DNA from: Chloroflexota bacterium
GTDB lineage: Bacteria > Chloroflexota > Dehalococcoidia > UBA2979
Assembly (NCBI GenBank): GCA_027593235.1
Contig: JAQCIU010000015.1
Coordinates: 1-64,000, forward strand
Length of the DNA stretch: 64,000 bases
Direction of reading: 5' to 3'
The notes below the pieces were generated by a model that did not search any database, had not been told where the DNA came from, and worked only from the letters and a program-made list of their open reading frames with translations. Each line of letters opens with the position of its first letter. Positions within the stretch are counted from its first letter, which is position 1. The translations under genes were made by a program, and so were the position numbers. This document shows positions 54,522-64,000 of the stretch, in pieces.

Positions 54522-54579
54522 GGGTTCCGTCCTTCACATCAGTTGTCGGCGGTCCGTGGCCCGCTCGCCAGTCCTGACG

Positions 54580-54622
54580 GAATCACCGCACGGTCACCTG
54601 ACGATCACCTGCCATTCACAGC
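54580..54622. promoter_or_regulatory. Four TCAC direct repeats at 11-bp period (OmpR/PhoB-type site)
   Basis: TCAC at 54583, 54594, 54605, 54616 in a divergent intergenic region. Confidence 0.55.
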
Positions 54623-54745
54623 ACCTCAAGCCGGGGGGAATCCCTAGGTCGGGCCGGTCAGCCGGTCACAGATGTTATTGACGTCACAGGGGATTCCCCA
54701 TGCGACAGCCGCACCCCACCCGATCCGAGCCGAGGCGAGGACTTA

Positions 54746-55333
54746 GTGTCGAATCCGTTTCCGTCAGCCATCCGTCAGCTTGATTGGCTCTTCCTGGACG
54801 CCCATGCAGCGCGAGCCGCGTTGGACGGCTTGCCACCTGACGCGCCGGTCTTGCTGGTGACGCTGGAGTCGCTGGAACGGCCAGACGGGCGCGTGGGAGC
54901 GGAGTGGGAGGCGGCACTGGCGAAGTCGCTGCTGTCGCGGTTGCAGCCAGCCGCCGCGCCGAGCGTGTTGCGCGGGCCGGCCGGGCTTGAGCTGAACTCA
55001 TCGGCACGGTTGGCGTTCTGCGCCGGTCGCGAGATGCATTTGACCTCGACGGAATTCCCGCTGCTCCAGGAACTGCTGGTCCGAGATGGCGCGGTGGTGA
55101 GTGTCGACGGTCTGTCGCGGGCGATCTGGGGTCACGAGACGCTGGGTGCGCCGAATTACGTGGAAGCGCACATTTCGCGACTGCGTCGGAAGCTCCGCGA
55201 TCTGGGAGCGAGCCGCGTCATCGAGACGGTGCGCGGCGCCGGCTATCGCATCCGGCAGGTGGCGACGATGCCTCCGACGTATCGCGAAGAGACACAACCG
55301 GGATCGACTTACGATCAGCGGCGCGCTGCCTAG
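54746..55333 (+). CDS. OmpR/PhoB-type winged-helix regulator with vestigial receiver
   Basis: LTSTEF.LL, IWG, VEAHISRLRRKL, IETVRGAGY. Confidence 0.82.
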   Translation: MSNPFPSAIRQLDWLFLDAHAARAALDGLPPDAPVLLVTLESLERPDGRVGAEWEAALAKSLLSRLQPAAAPSVLRGPAGLELNSSARLAFCAGREMHLTSTEFPLLQELLVRDGAVVSVDGLSRAIWGHETLGAPNYVEAHISRLRRKLRDLGASRVIETVRGAGYRIRQVATMPPTYREETQPGSTYDQRRAA

Positions 55334-55399
55334 GCAGCCACACAGGAGGCGGCGTGGGGCCTCGGTGGGTGAGCGCTGGAGATAAGCACTGACACCGGA

Positions 55400-56482
55400 T
55401 CAGACGTGATCCGAATCGCCGAACGCCACGTGTAGGCGAGCGGTCGGGTCCGTGCTCAAGAAGTCCAGCAGACTGTCGTTTCGAGGCCGGTGTCCCATGT
55501 TCGGGACGGTCATCGAGGGGGCGAAGCCAACGCGTTCCAGCGTCTTGCGGTACGGGTGAACGCGGGGCAGCAGGATTGACACCTCGCTGGCCTTCTCCAG
55601 CCTCGCTGTCGACACGGCGTCCTCGACGAGCGCGTTGAGTGCGGAGTGCGCTCCGTCGGCAACGAAGAGGTCGATGACCGTCATGGCGCGACCCGGAGCC
55701 GATAACACCGAGTAGCCGACCAGTTCCTCGGCTTGTTCGACGGTACGGACTCGAAACGAGCCCGCTCTCGGATCGCGATACCGCCAGTTCAGGTATCGGG
55801 CGTCTCGCACGACGCAGTAGTCGAACGCGGTGCGTCCGCGTTCCCAGAGGGTGTCTGCGCGCGCATCGAATTCGTCGACGCTGCTGACCAGCACACCGTT
55901 CGTCGGGGCGCTCGCTCGTTGCGGCGTCAGCAGGGACCGCGCGGCGCGAGCGAGCGAGGCAGTCGAGGGCCGTGCGAACGCTCGACGGGCGATGGCACTC
56001 GGTGAGAGGGGGCGAGACAGCACCTCGACGGTGTTGGCGACGCGCATCCGCTCGGAACCGAGTCCTGAGGACTGGTTCAGGCGCGGATTGTTTGAGCCCT
56101 CCTCCAGCGAGACGGGCTGCTCGACATCTGCCCAGCGGGCGAGGAAGTGGCGCAGGTGCAGCTTCGAGAGGCCACGCCCCTGGAAATCGGGGTGCACCGC
56201 CGAGTCGACCATGATGCAGCCCGCTCGCCGCGAGCCTTGCACCCAGACATCGCGGCCAATCGACCCGTCATAGGCAACGATGCGCCCGTCGAGCTCCAGC
56301 ACCGTGGTGGCTCCGGGAACCACGCCCGGAGAGCCAAGTCTCCAGCGGAGGTGATCGAGTGCTGGGACCGGGATCGGGAAGGCGGGCCAGTTGCCCTCGA
56401 ACGCGACATCGAGGAGTGCAGCGACCGCGGCCTCGTCGCGCTGTTCGATCGAGCGGAACAGCGGTTCTTCGGGGACCAGCAC
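55400..56482 (-). CDS. Two-domain GNAT family protein
   Basis: LRWR, DSAVHPDFQGRG, RDARYLNWRY.DP, GDSD end; start uncertain. Confidence 0.78.
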   Translation of the reverse strand: MLVPEEPLFRSIEQRDEAAVAALLDVAFEGNWPAFPIPVPALDHLRWRLGSPGVVPGATTVLELDGRIVAYDGSIGRDVWVQGSRRAGCIMVDSAVHPDFQGRGLSKLHLRHFLARWADVEQPVSLEEGSNNPRLNQSSGLGSERMRVANTVEVLSRPLSPSAIARRAFARPSTASLARAARSLLTPQRASAPTNGVLVSSVDEFDARADTLWERGRTAFDYCVVRDARYLNWRYRDPRAGSFRVRTVEQAEELVGYSVLSAPGRAMTVIDLFVADGAHSALNALVEDAVSTARLEKASEVSILLPRVHPYRKTLERVGFAPSMTVPNMGHRPRNDSLLDFLSTDPTARLHVAFGDSDHV

Positions 56483-57135
56483 GGGTACCGCCTTCGCTGT
56501 CACTGTTCGTGGCGCGGTCGTGGCCGGACAGCTGGTCCACGCTCCGAGCAGCGTCTCACGCGATCGAGGCCGACGGGATGTCGCTGAGGTGCCAGAAGAC
56601 TGAGCGTGAGCGAACGACGGCCCAACCGGCTCAAGACGCGTGGCGAGGGGAAGCTGCGTGCTGGACGGATGCTCGTCCGACCGACTCGCGACTGTGTCTG
56701 CGTCTCTGCGCGGGTCGTTGTGCGGGTCTGCGGGTGGCCGGGCTGGAAATGGTCGGGGAGGCCGGAGTCGCCCCGACAATCGCGACCACCCGTGGAGCCC
56801 GTGGGAAGTCACAATCGGTGGCGTTGATCGAGCTGTCGCATGACGGCCCACACCCGGTCTGCGCGTCACGCTGCGACTGGTCGCGCGCTGAGTCGCACCT
56901 CGTGCACCGCATCGAGATCACATGACGAGGCAGCGGACGACCGAGGTTCAGCACCGCGGCACCGCGGAATGCGCAGTGCAGGGCAGTGCAGGGGAGCTGG
57001 GGGAACGGTGGAGTCTTCTTGTGAGCGCGGCAGTGCTCGATTTTCGTGGACGGAACACGGTACGCGGACCGACCACGGCCGGGAACGCCAGACGGCATCT
57101 TCCAGGTGCTGCGCGCTGTGACATACTCTTGCCCG

Positions 57136-59100
57136 ATGCAGCGTCATTCAATCGAGAACGCGCTTGGCAAGCTCCGCCCGGGCGAGGCGCAGCTTGCGGC
57201 CGCCGCGCTGGACTGGATTGTTGGTGACGACCCGCAGACCGAGGTCACACAAGGGCGGCTGCAGGAGTTCCTCTGGTTCGCCCTACCGGCGCAGGTCGAC
57301 TCACCCGATGCAGCGGAGCTGTTGCGCGCTACCGCGCGTGCTCTGGCGCACGTGTTCGAAGAAGCGGGGCTGCAGCGCTACGCGATGATCTGTGGATCGA
57401 CGGTCACTCGATCGGTGCACGATGCATACTTGCGCGACGCTGCGGAGGGTCAGGATGCAGGAGACGCTGCAGCGGAGGCCTCCGGTCTCAGCCCACCCGA
57501 TGTAGATGGATTCTCCTGGGGCGACCCAATGGGCCCCGTGGAGTTCGAGGGCATGTCTGCGGCTGAGAGTGCGCTTGAAGCGGCGATCGTATCCGGTGAT
57601 CTCGTGCCAGGACGACGTGGATGGCAGGGAGTCCAGCGCCAGATCGTCACTGCCACCCTTGACGAAGCGATTGTCGCGGTCGACGGCCCAAGTCGACGAA
57701 CGCAAATCGGTCGGGAGCGTTCCGACGCATGGCAGAACACGACCGGAGGTCTGCTCGGAAGACTGCGCCACGGCGCCAGCATCGAACTCGATGGTGAGCT
57801 GGATCGGTCCGTGCTCCCGGAGGCGACGCTTGAGCCGCTGACATGGTTCTTGCGAGCGATCGGTGACGGCGTGCCACTCACAAAACAGGGGAATCTCGCG
57901 GTCGCATTCGTACGAAAGGCGACTGCGGAGCGTGGCTGGTATCAGTGGGGGAATCCGCGCAGTGAGATCGACGTCATCGAGCTCTCACTGCTCCACGACT
58001 TCACGAAGACGCTCCGAGCCGCGCGACACAGGTCAGGTCGAATCGTGCTCACTAAGCGTGGTCTCGCAATGGCAGCTGGAGGCCGCGCAGCTTTTCACCC
58101 CGTCGTCGACTGGGTGGCAGCAGGCGATGGGGCCGAGGAGTTGATCTTCGAAGTGCTGGTGATCCGGCTGCTCGAAGCCAGCATCTCAGAAACGACTCTG
58201 GCGGAAGAGGACCTCCACCGCGACATCGCGGTCGTCCTAGCCGAATGTGGGTACCGCCTATCCGAACGAAACGACATCTCTCCTGACGAGGCCGCACTGC
58301 TGGTCATGCCCGCCCGACAGCTCATGGAAACGCTCGGTCTCTGTGTGCAACGCGGGCCTTGGGACGCGCGAGTCCTCGAGCTGACGGAGCCAGGCGTCGT
58401 GACGTCGCGCGCCATTCTGATGGCGCGGGCGAGTGGACCAGCGGCAATGCAAGTACACGTACTCGAAGTCCCCGGGTCGCGACCACCAAGCAGCCCTTCG
58501 GCGCTAGGGGCAGTTCCTGATCGGGTGCTGGAGCTGCGGCTCTCCCTGCGCGATATCGAACCTCCGATCTGGCGCCGGTTGCTAGTGCAGTCGAGATCGA
58601 CGATTGCCGATCTCCACTACCTGATTCAGGGTGCGATCGGTTGGTATGACGTCCACCTCCACATGTTCGAGTGCGCGGACGGACGAGTGTTCGTTGCCAA
58701 CCCGGATCCAGACTTCGAATTCGTAGGGTCCCAACCCGTGCTTGATGGCAAGGGTGTACAACTCCGCGAGATCCTAGTCTCGCCTGCGGACCGCCTAGTG
58801 TATTCATACGATTTTGGCGACGGCTGGGAGCACGATGTCGTGCTGGAGGCGATCCATCCAGCAGCGGAGGAGGACAACGTTCCGCGGGTGACCGACGGCG
58901 CGCGTGCACATCCGCCCGAAGGTTGCGGCGGTCCATGGGGTTATCGCGACCTGCTCGAGGCGCTCGGAGATCCAGCGCACGAGCGCCACAACTTCCTAGT
59001 GGATCAGCTCGATGGATACGAAGCGGTCGGCTTCGATCCAGAGCGCTTCAGCCTTGAGGAGACCAACGCCACTCTGGACATACGCCAGAACGCAGACTGA
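57136..59100 (+). CDS. Plasmid pRiA4b ORF3 family protein with long N-terminal region
   Basis: PPIWRR..V, LH..IQ...GW...HLH.F, Y.YDFGDGWEH, PPE.CGG. Confidence 0.88.
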   Translation: MQRHSIENALGKLRPGEAQLAAAALDWIVGDDPQTEVTQGRLQEFLWFALPAQVDSPDAAELLRATARALAHVFEEAGLQRYAMICGSTVTRSVHDAYLRDAAEGQDAGDAAAEASGLSPPDVDGFSWGDPMGPVEFEGMSAAESALEAAIVSGDLVPGRRGWQGVQRQIVTATLDEAIVAVDGPSRRTQIGRERSDAWQNTTGGLLGRLRHGASIELDGELDRSVLPEATLEPLTWFLRAIGDGVPLTKQGNLAVAFVRKATAERGWYQWGNPRSEIDVIELSLLHDFTKTLRAARHRSGRIVLTKRGLAMAAGGRAAFHPVVDWVAAGDGAEELIFEVLVIRLLEASISETTLAEEDLHRDIAVVLAECGYRLSERNDISPDEAALLVMPARQLMETLGLCVQRGPWDARVLELTEPGVVTSRAILMARASGPAAMQVHVLEVPGSRPPSSPSALGAVPDRVLELRLSLRDIEPPIWRRLLVQSRSTIADLHYLIQGAIGWYDVHLHMFECADGRVFVANPDPDFEFVGSQPVLDGKGVQLREILVSPADRLVYSYDFGDGWEHDVVLEAIHPAAEEDNVPRVTDGARAHPPEGCGGPWGYRDLLEALGDPAHERHNFLVDQLDGYEAVGFDPERFSLEETNATLDIRQNAD

Positions 59101-59350
59101 CTGGTGTGTGGGCCCCGGGGGGGCATCTTTGGTCGCAGGTCAAGTCGCGATGGGTCGTGGGGTGGTAAAACCCGATCCGTCCCAAGATCACTAGCGGTGT
59201 CCGCGTAATCCTAGGCGGCCGGAGGGCCGTCGATGCGGATCTACATATGTCTCTTGTTTGGTCTCCCCGGTCGGGCGCTGCGCCGTGGGGCGCCAATATC
59301 CCATCCGCGCCTCAGGCGGCCCTCCGCCGAACCGCCGGGCCGTCCCGTGC

Positions 59351-59644
59351 ATGAGCCAGCGAGAGCGGGCTGAGATCTGGCGGCGGCACGGGAGTGGCGA
59401 GTCGCTGCGCTCGATCAGCCGTGGCACCAGGCGCGACATGGGCACGCTGCGGCGCCTGATCGCCTCGACCGGGGGACGCCAGCCACGGGAGCTGCGGCGG
59501 TCGACGCTGCGCCTGTCGCTGGCTGAGCGCGAAGAGATCTCGCGCGGCTCGTCGCCGGTGATTCGTGTCGGCAGATCGCGAGACGGCTCCGGCGGGCGCC
59601 ATCGACGGTCGCTCGCGAGGTCACTCGCAACGGCGGTCGAGACC
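59351..59644 (+). mobile_element. IS30-family transposase 5' remnant (frameshifted, truncated)
   Basis: EIWRR..GESLRSI..GG..R...LSLAEREEISRG, then after a shift SCRQIARRLRRAPSTVAREV.RNGG. Confidence 0.75.
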
Positions 59645-60332
59645 TGTCGGGCCACAAAACCCGATCCGATCAAGCGGCCTCTCGTTCATAGCGATGATGG
59701 AGGCCGCCAAGAATGGGATGAGCGACGACACGGCCGTGAGCTTGCACCGGGCGCGGACCGGCGGGGGGCTCTAGCTCGAGCGTTCGATGCGGCCGCGTGG
59801 CGTTGTAATAGTCGCCATATTCGCGGAGCACCGCGCGCAGGTGCTGCTCACTCAACGGAATGATGTGGTCGACGCATTCTCGGCGCAGGGTCCCGATCAC
59901 CCGTTCGGCAACCGCGTTCGCCTGTGGCGCCCGCACGGGTGTGAGCACGGTTTCGATGCCGATGCGTCGTGCTCGAGCGACGAAGTCACCGCCGTAGTTC
60001 CGGTCCCGGTCGCGAATCAGAAATCGCGGCCCTACTCCCCACGGCGTTGCCTCCATCAGCTGCCGCCACACCCAGTCGGCCGTGGGATGCCGCGTCCGGT
60101 TGAAGTGCTCGATACGGCGGCGGTCATGCGAGATGACGAAGAAGACGTAGAGTGTGCTGAGCGTCAGGGTCGGCACGGTGAAGAAGTCCGCCACCCAGAT
60201 CTCGTGACGATGGTTGTGGAGGAACTCACGCCAGCGTCGAGTCGGCGGACGGCGAAGTGCTCGCAGCCGATAGCGACGCACGGTCTCCGCGCTGATGTCG
60301 AAACCGAGCGTGCGCAGTTCGCCCTGGATTCG
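59645..60332 (-). mobile_element. Integrase-core (rve) transposase 3' remnant with terminal sequence
   Basis: ADFFTV, LIRDRD, P.AN..AER..GTLRRE, YN..RPH, LGGLHH.Y; end reads CGGATCGGGTTTTGTGGCCCGACA. Confidence 0.85.
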
Positions 60333-60389
60333 TACCTGTGGGGTGCCATTATGCGGTCTGACTACCCCGGACGGGTTAATGGCACCCGT

Positions 60390-60630
60390 GGCTCCAACTT
60401 GCGCTGGCTCGAGGTCACGGATGAGCTGGTCGCAGAGCTGCGCGTGCTGTCTGGCTATGACGACGACCTTGCCGCCGACTGTGTGCGTCAGGCGAACCGT
60501 CTGCGTGACATGCTCACGAGCCTGCATCCGCCGCTCGAGGCGGTTCTGGGTCCACGCCTCGATCATCCGGCGGTTCGGGGACTGCTCGCGCGGTACCCGA
60601 CTGCCGCTGCTCTGCGAGGTGCTGGTCGTG
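60390..60630 (+). mobile_element. IS110-family transposase internal fragment
   Basis: ELRVL.GYDDDLA....NRLR..LT..HP.LE.VLGPRLDH..V..LL.RY. Confidence 0.7.
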
Positions 60631-60814
60631 GCGCGGGTCGAGGGAGTTCATCCGCGAAATACCTTTGGCATCGGGAGCCTCTGTTGCTGCTCCGTCACGG
60701 CCCTATTCGCTGGACCAAGCTCCCTACACAACTCCGCGACCGGCACCGAGGCTTGGACAGCACAACACGCAGGTCTTCCAAGGCAACCTAAACCTCGATC
60801 GAAAGGGTTGAGCT

Positions 60815-62065
60815 GTGTCTGACCAGTACGGCGTGTCCGAAGAGGACTCCGGCCGGGACCTTCCTCTATCGGGCATCACCGTGGCGGACTTTAGCTGGGT
60901 GCTGGCGGGGCCACGCGCCACTTCCTGGCTGGCAGCAATGGGCGCCCGGGTCATCAAGATCGAAGGTCCTCGGCGCCCCGATCAGTACCGCAACGTCCCG
61001 ATCTTTGTACCTGGTCGCGAAGGTCCAGAAGGGTCAGCCGCCTTCCACGGGCTGAATCACACGAAGTGGAGTTGTGCGATCGATTTCAACGACCCAAAAG
61101 GGTTGGAGCTGGTGAAGAAGATCGTCGCTGAGAGCGACGTCGTCGTGGAGAACTTCGCTCGTGGTGTGATGGAGCGCGTGGGTTTGAACTACGCCGAGCT
61201 GTGCAAGATCAAACCGGACATCATCATGGCATCCGGATCGGCAATGGGAAGTAGCGGTCCCGACAAGAACCACGTCGCTTACGGTACGTTGATCCATGCA
61301 TTTGCCGGGATTAATTCTGTAACTGGCTATCAGGATAGTCCTCCGGGGAGTCTCGGTGGAACCTTCACCGATCCGCTGACCGGCACCTCGTTGGTATTCT
61401 TGGTCCTCGCTGCCCTCTGGAACAGGCGGCGAACCGGCACGGGAGAGAATATCGACCTTTCGATGGTCGAGACGAGTCTGATGCAACTCCCTGAGTTCGT
61501 GATGGACTACACGGCGAACGGCCGAGTGGCTGGCCCACAAGGCAACGAGGACGGAACTGCGGCGCCGCATGACTGCTACCCGTGCATTGGAGAAGAAGCG
61601 TGGGTCGCGATTTCCGTACGCACCCAAGAGGAGTGGGAGGCGTTCTGCACCGTTCTGGACCGACCCGAGTTGATCCACGATCCGCGCTTTGCCGACGAGC
61701 TCAGCCGTTTCCAGAATCGCGAGACTCTGAATACGGAGGTGGCGGTATGGACGAAAACCAGAACCGCGATCGACGTTGCTGAGACTCTGCAGGGAGTCGG
61801 TGTTGCCGCGGGGCCGTCGTATGCGGCGAGAGCGTTGTACGAGGATCCACACTTCGGCGCTCGCGGCCTCTTTCAAGAGGTCGACCACCCGGTTGTCGGC
61901 CGCAAGCCTGTTGTCGGGCTGCCTTGGCGTCTCTTGCCGGGTCCCGGCTCACGGTACTGGGCGGCGCCTACCCTGGGGCAACACACGGACGTGGTCATGC
62001 GTGAGATCGTCGGACTGAGCGACGAAGAGATCGCCGTATTGAGGGCCGAACAAGTCATCGCATAA
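60815..62065 (+). CDS. CaiB/BaiF family III CoA-transferase
   Basis: LSGI.V.DFSWV.AGP, GA.VIK.E, ENF, DP, AP.LGQHT. Confidence 0.92.
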   Translation: MSDQYGVSEEDSGRDLPLSGITVADFSWVLAGPRATSWLAAMGARVIKIEGPRRPDQYRNVPIFVPGREGPEGSAAFHGLNHTKWSCAIDFNDPKGLELVKKIVAESDVVVENFARGVMERVGLNYAELCKIKPDIIMASGSAMGSSGPDKNHVAYGTLIHAFAGINSVTGYQDSPPGSLGGTFTDPLTGTSLVFLVLAALWNRRRTGTGENIDLSMVETSLMQLPEFVMDYTANGRVAGPQGNEDGTAAPHDCYPCIGEEAWVAISVRTQEEWEAFCTVLDRPELIHDPRFADELSRFQNRETLNTEVAVWTKTRTAIDVAETLQGVGVAAGPSYAARALYEDPHFGARGLFQEVDHPVVGRKPVVGLPWRLLPGPGSRYWAAPTLGQHTDVVMREIVGLSDEEIAVLRAEQVIA

Positions 62066-62239
62066 GTACCAAAGATGTATCCGTCACCAGCGCAAGCTAG
62101 CGGCCTCAGCATTCCGATAGCGGATCACCTAGGCTGCGAAGCGAAGCAGTCGCGGTCTCCGTATTACCCCTGGTTTCCGCGATCCGATTGAGTAAGCTCT
62201 TTTGTGGCTAGGCTCGAAGCAGGACCAGTGGAGGCGACG

Positions 62240-63031
62240 ATGGCATACGTCATATACGAGAAAATCGGCCACGTCGGGGTAATCACCCTGAACCGTCCGG
62301 AGCGGATGAGCGCCCTGGGGCGGGAGCTCGGTACCGCCCTGCGCGAGGCCGAAGCGGAGTTCGTCGCCGACGACGACGTCTGGATCGGGATCTACACAGG
62401 AGCCGGGGACCGCGCGTTCTGCGCGGGCCGCGACCTGAAGGAAGCGGCGGAATTCGATGCCTCCGGCGAGGGCATGGCCTCCGCCTCCGGCGGGAGCACG
62501 AGTCCGGTTAGCCGATTCGAGCTCATCGCGCCCGACCACGGCAAACCGACGATTGCCGCAATTAACGGTGCCGCGTATGGCGGCGGTCTGGAGATGGCTC
62601 TCACCAACGATATCCGCATCGCTGCTCGGGGCGTGAGGATGGCCCTTGCCGAGGTAAAGGTAGGGCTCTGCCCTCGCGGGGGTTCGTTCAACCTGCCGAG
62701 ACTCATCGGACTTTCGAACGCGATGTGGCTGCTGCTCAGCGGTGAGCCGGTCGACGCCGACGAGGCTTTACGGATCGGCCTCGTGACCCGTGTCGTGCCC
62801 CAAGAGGAGCTGATGCCGACCGCGATGGCGATGGCCGAGACGATTGCGAGAAATGCCCCACTCGCGGTGCGGGCGACCCGGAAGCTGGCACACCTCGGCC
62901 TGGAGATGCCGAAGGACTATGCGCAGCGCATGGGAGCGGCGCTTATTGAGTCCGTGTGGACCTCTGAAGACTCGGTCGAAGGGGCGAAGGCGTTCGCCGA
63001 GAAGCGCGAGCCGCAGTGGCGCATGCGCTGA
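62240..63031 (+). CDS. Enoyl-CoA hydratase/isomerase
   Basis: ITLNRP, FCAG.DL, KP.IAAING.A.GGGLE, A.EAL.IGLV, F.EKR.P. Confidence 0.94.
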   Translation: MAYVIYEKIGHVGVITLNRPERMSALGRELGTALREAEAEFVADDDVWIGIYTGAGDRAFCAGRDLKEAAEFDASGEGMASASGGSTSPVSRFELIAPDHGKPTIAAINGAAYGGGLEMALTNDIRIAARGVRMALAEVKVGLCPRGGSFNLPRLIGLSNAMWLLLSGEPVDADEALRIGLVTRVVPQEELMPTAMAMAETIARNAPLAVRATRKLAHLGLEMPKDYAQRMGAALIESVWTSEDSVEGAKAFAEKREPQWRMR

Positions 63032-63155
63032 TCGAGGACCGTCTTTCGCGCCCGGCCGGAGATGAGCAGCCGAAGGCCACACGGGGCTTCGGCTAAGCGC
63101 GCTCGTGCCTTGGCCTGCCCCGTCCCACGGGCACTGGAATCAGAACGGCAGCGCC

Positions 63156-63425
63156 GACCGCTGGCGGGGCAAGGCGTACCTGCTGCGCGGCGATCTCGAT
63201 GCGGCGGAACGCTGGCTCGAGGTGGGCGCGACGTCCTGCCGCGAGCGGGGCATCGAGCTCGAGGTGGGGCGCTGCCCGCAGGACCTCGCGAGCCTCGCCG
63301 AGGCGCGCGGTTAGCACGCGATCGCCCTCGAGCGGCTCGAGCAGGCGGGCGACATCTACTTCCGCCTCGGCGCCGGCGGCTACCTCACCGAGGTGATCGC
63401 GAAGAAGGGGGTTCTCAAGGCGTAG
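63156..63425 (+). pseudogene. C-terminal TPR-like gene remnant with internal TAG
   Basis: GKAYLLRGDLDAAERWL...EARG*HAIALERLEQAG...VIAKKGVLKA; no intact 5' part. Confidence 0.55.
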
Positions 63426-64000
63426 CGAACGACCGCAGCGCCGGATCGACGCCCTCCTCGATCGGGCCGTTGTAGGGATCGATGTGGGTAGCCGGCCCGC
63501 GCCGTCCTTGGGATCGACGCTCCGAGCGAGGACGCGATCGCCTTGCTCCATATGACGTCCACCAAAGGGTATCCGGGCAGTGGGCGCGCCCCGAGCCATT
63601 CGCCGACGGCGGACAGAAGGTGCTGGGTCTCGTCGATGAAGGTCGGGGGAACGAGTCTTCTTAGCCCACGACGCGGTGCTCGATTGCTACGGCGCTTTGT
63701 CGCCGTTCAAAACGAACGGCCTCGACGACGAGCGGAGCCGACGGACCACACGCGAGGCGCGGCCGATGGTCCCGGCTGGGGCGCGAGAACATGGTCGCGA
63801 TCTACAAAGATCGGCGAGCGGTGGAGGGGGAAATATCCTATCGGGCCAGCGTTCGCGGAGTTTCTCATGTCGTCAGGGACGGTGCCAGCGTCAGGGCGAT
63901 CCATTCAGCGACGCACCGTTGTTCGCGGTTGTCGCCGGGGGCCGAAGACTGATCTGTGATCTCCGACTGCGGCCTCCGTCCCTGCCCGTCCCGTGCTCTC

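Noticed and set aside
55400-56482. GNAT as maturase of the 13.1-kb peptide
   Set aside because: 42 kb away in a different context; no sequence evidence links them
46453-63314. Amber (TAG) recoding suggested by two in-frame TAGs (46453 and 63312)
   Set aside because: Many intact genes (greA, coxB, coxC, folP, ku) end at TAG where expected, no pyl genes or suppressor tRNA are seen, and the second case is in a gene remnant

Overview
High-GC bacterial chromosomal window. Gene content (GreA with an N-terminal extension, system I ccm cluster beside a caa3-type oxidase, CaiB CoA-transferases, DinB and GNAT paralogues) suggests Chloroflexota, probably Dehalococcoidia; this is inference. From left to right: tRNA-Ala(GGC); a run of metabolic, GNAT and DinB genes; rsmG and greA; a divergent respiratory locus (ctaB, ccmABCDEFH and a TlpA-type thioredoxin on the minus strand, coxBAC plus subunit IV on the plus strand); nadE with a 21-bp NrtR-like operator; a degenerate ROK/DegT pair; DUF2520 and folP; a K+ channel; NHEJ ku-ligD; a three-subunit xanthine-dehydrogenase-family molybdoenzyme with moaD; an SNase-like protein; an amber-interrupted pspC-liaF-like gene; an HtrA-like protease with a LuxR regulator; trxB; an AlkD-like protein. 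From about 55.4 kb the region looks accessory (pRiA4b ORF3 family gene, nested IS remnants, CoA transferase, crotonase, pseudogene). The best candidate for something undescribed is a 33-codon gene missed by the ORF track (13063-13164, minus strand). It has a putative -10 box, RBS and terminator, and encodes a YxxP-leader RiPP-precursor-like peptide with a C-x4-C core; no maturases are present in the window. Also notable: structurally conserved hairpin+SD repeats between coxB and coxA, 11-bp phased repeats beside a receiver-less OmpR-type regulator, and several apparent pseudoenzymes. All calls come from reading the sequence; no searches were run.
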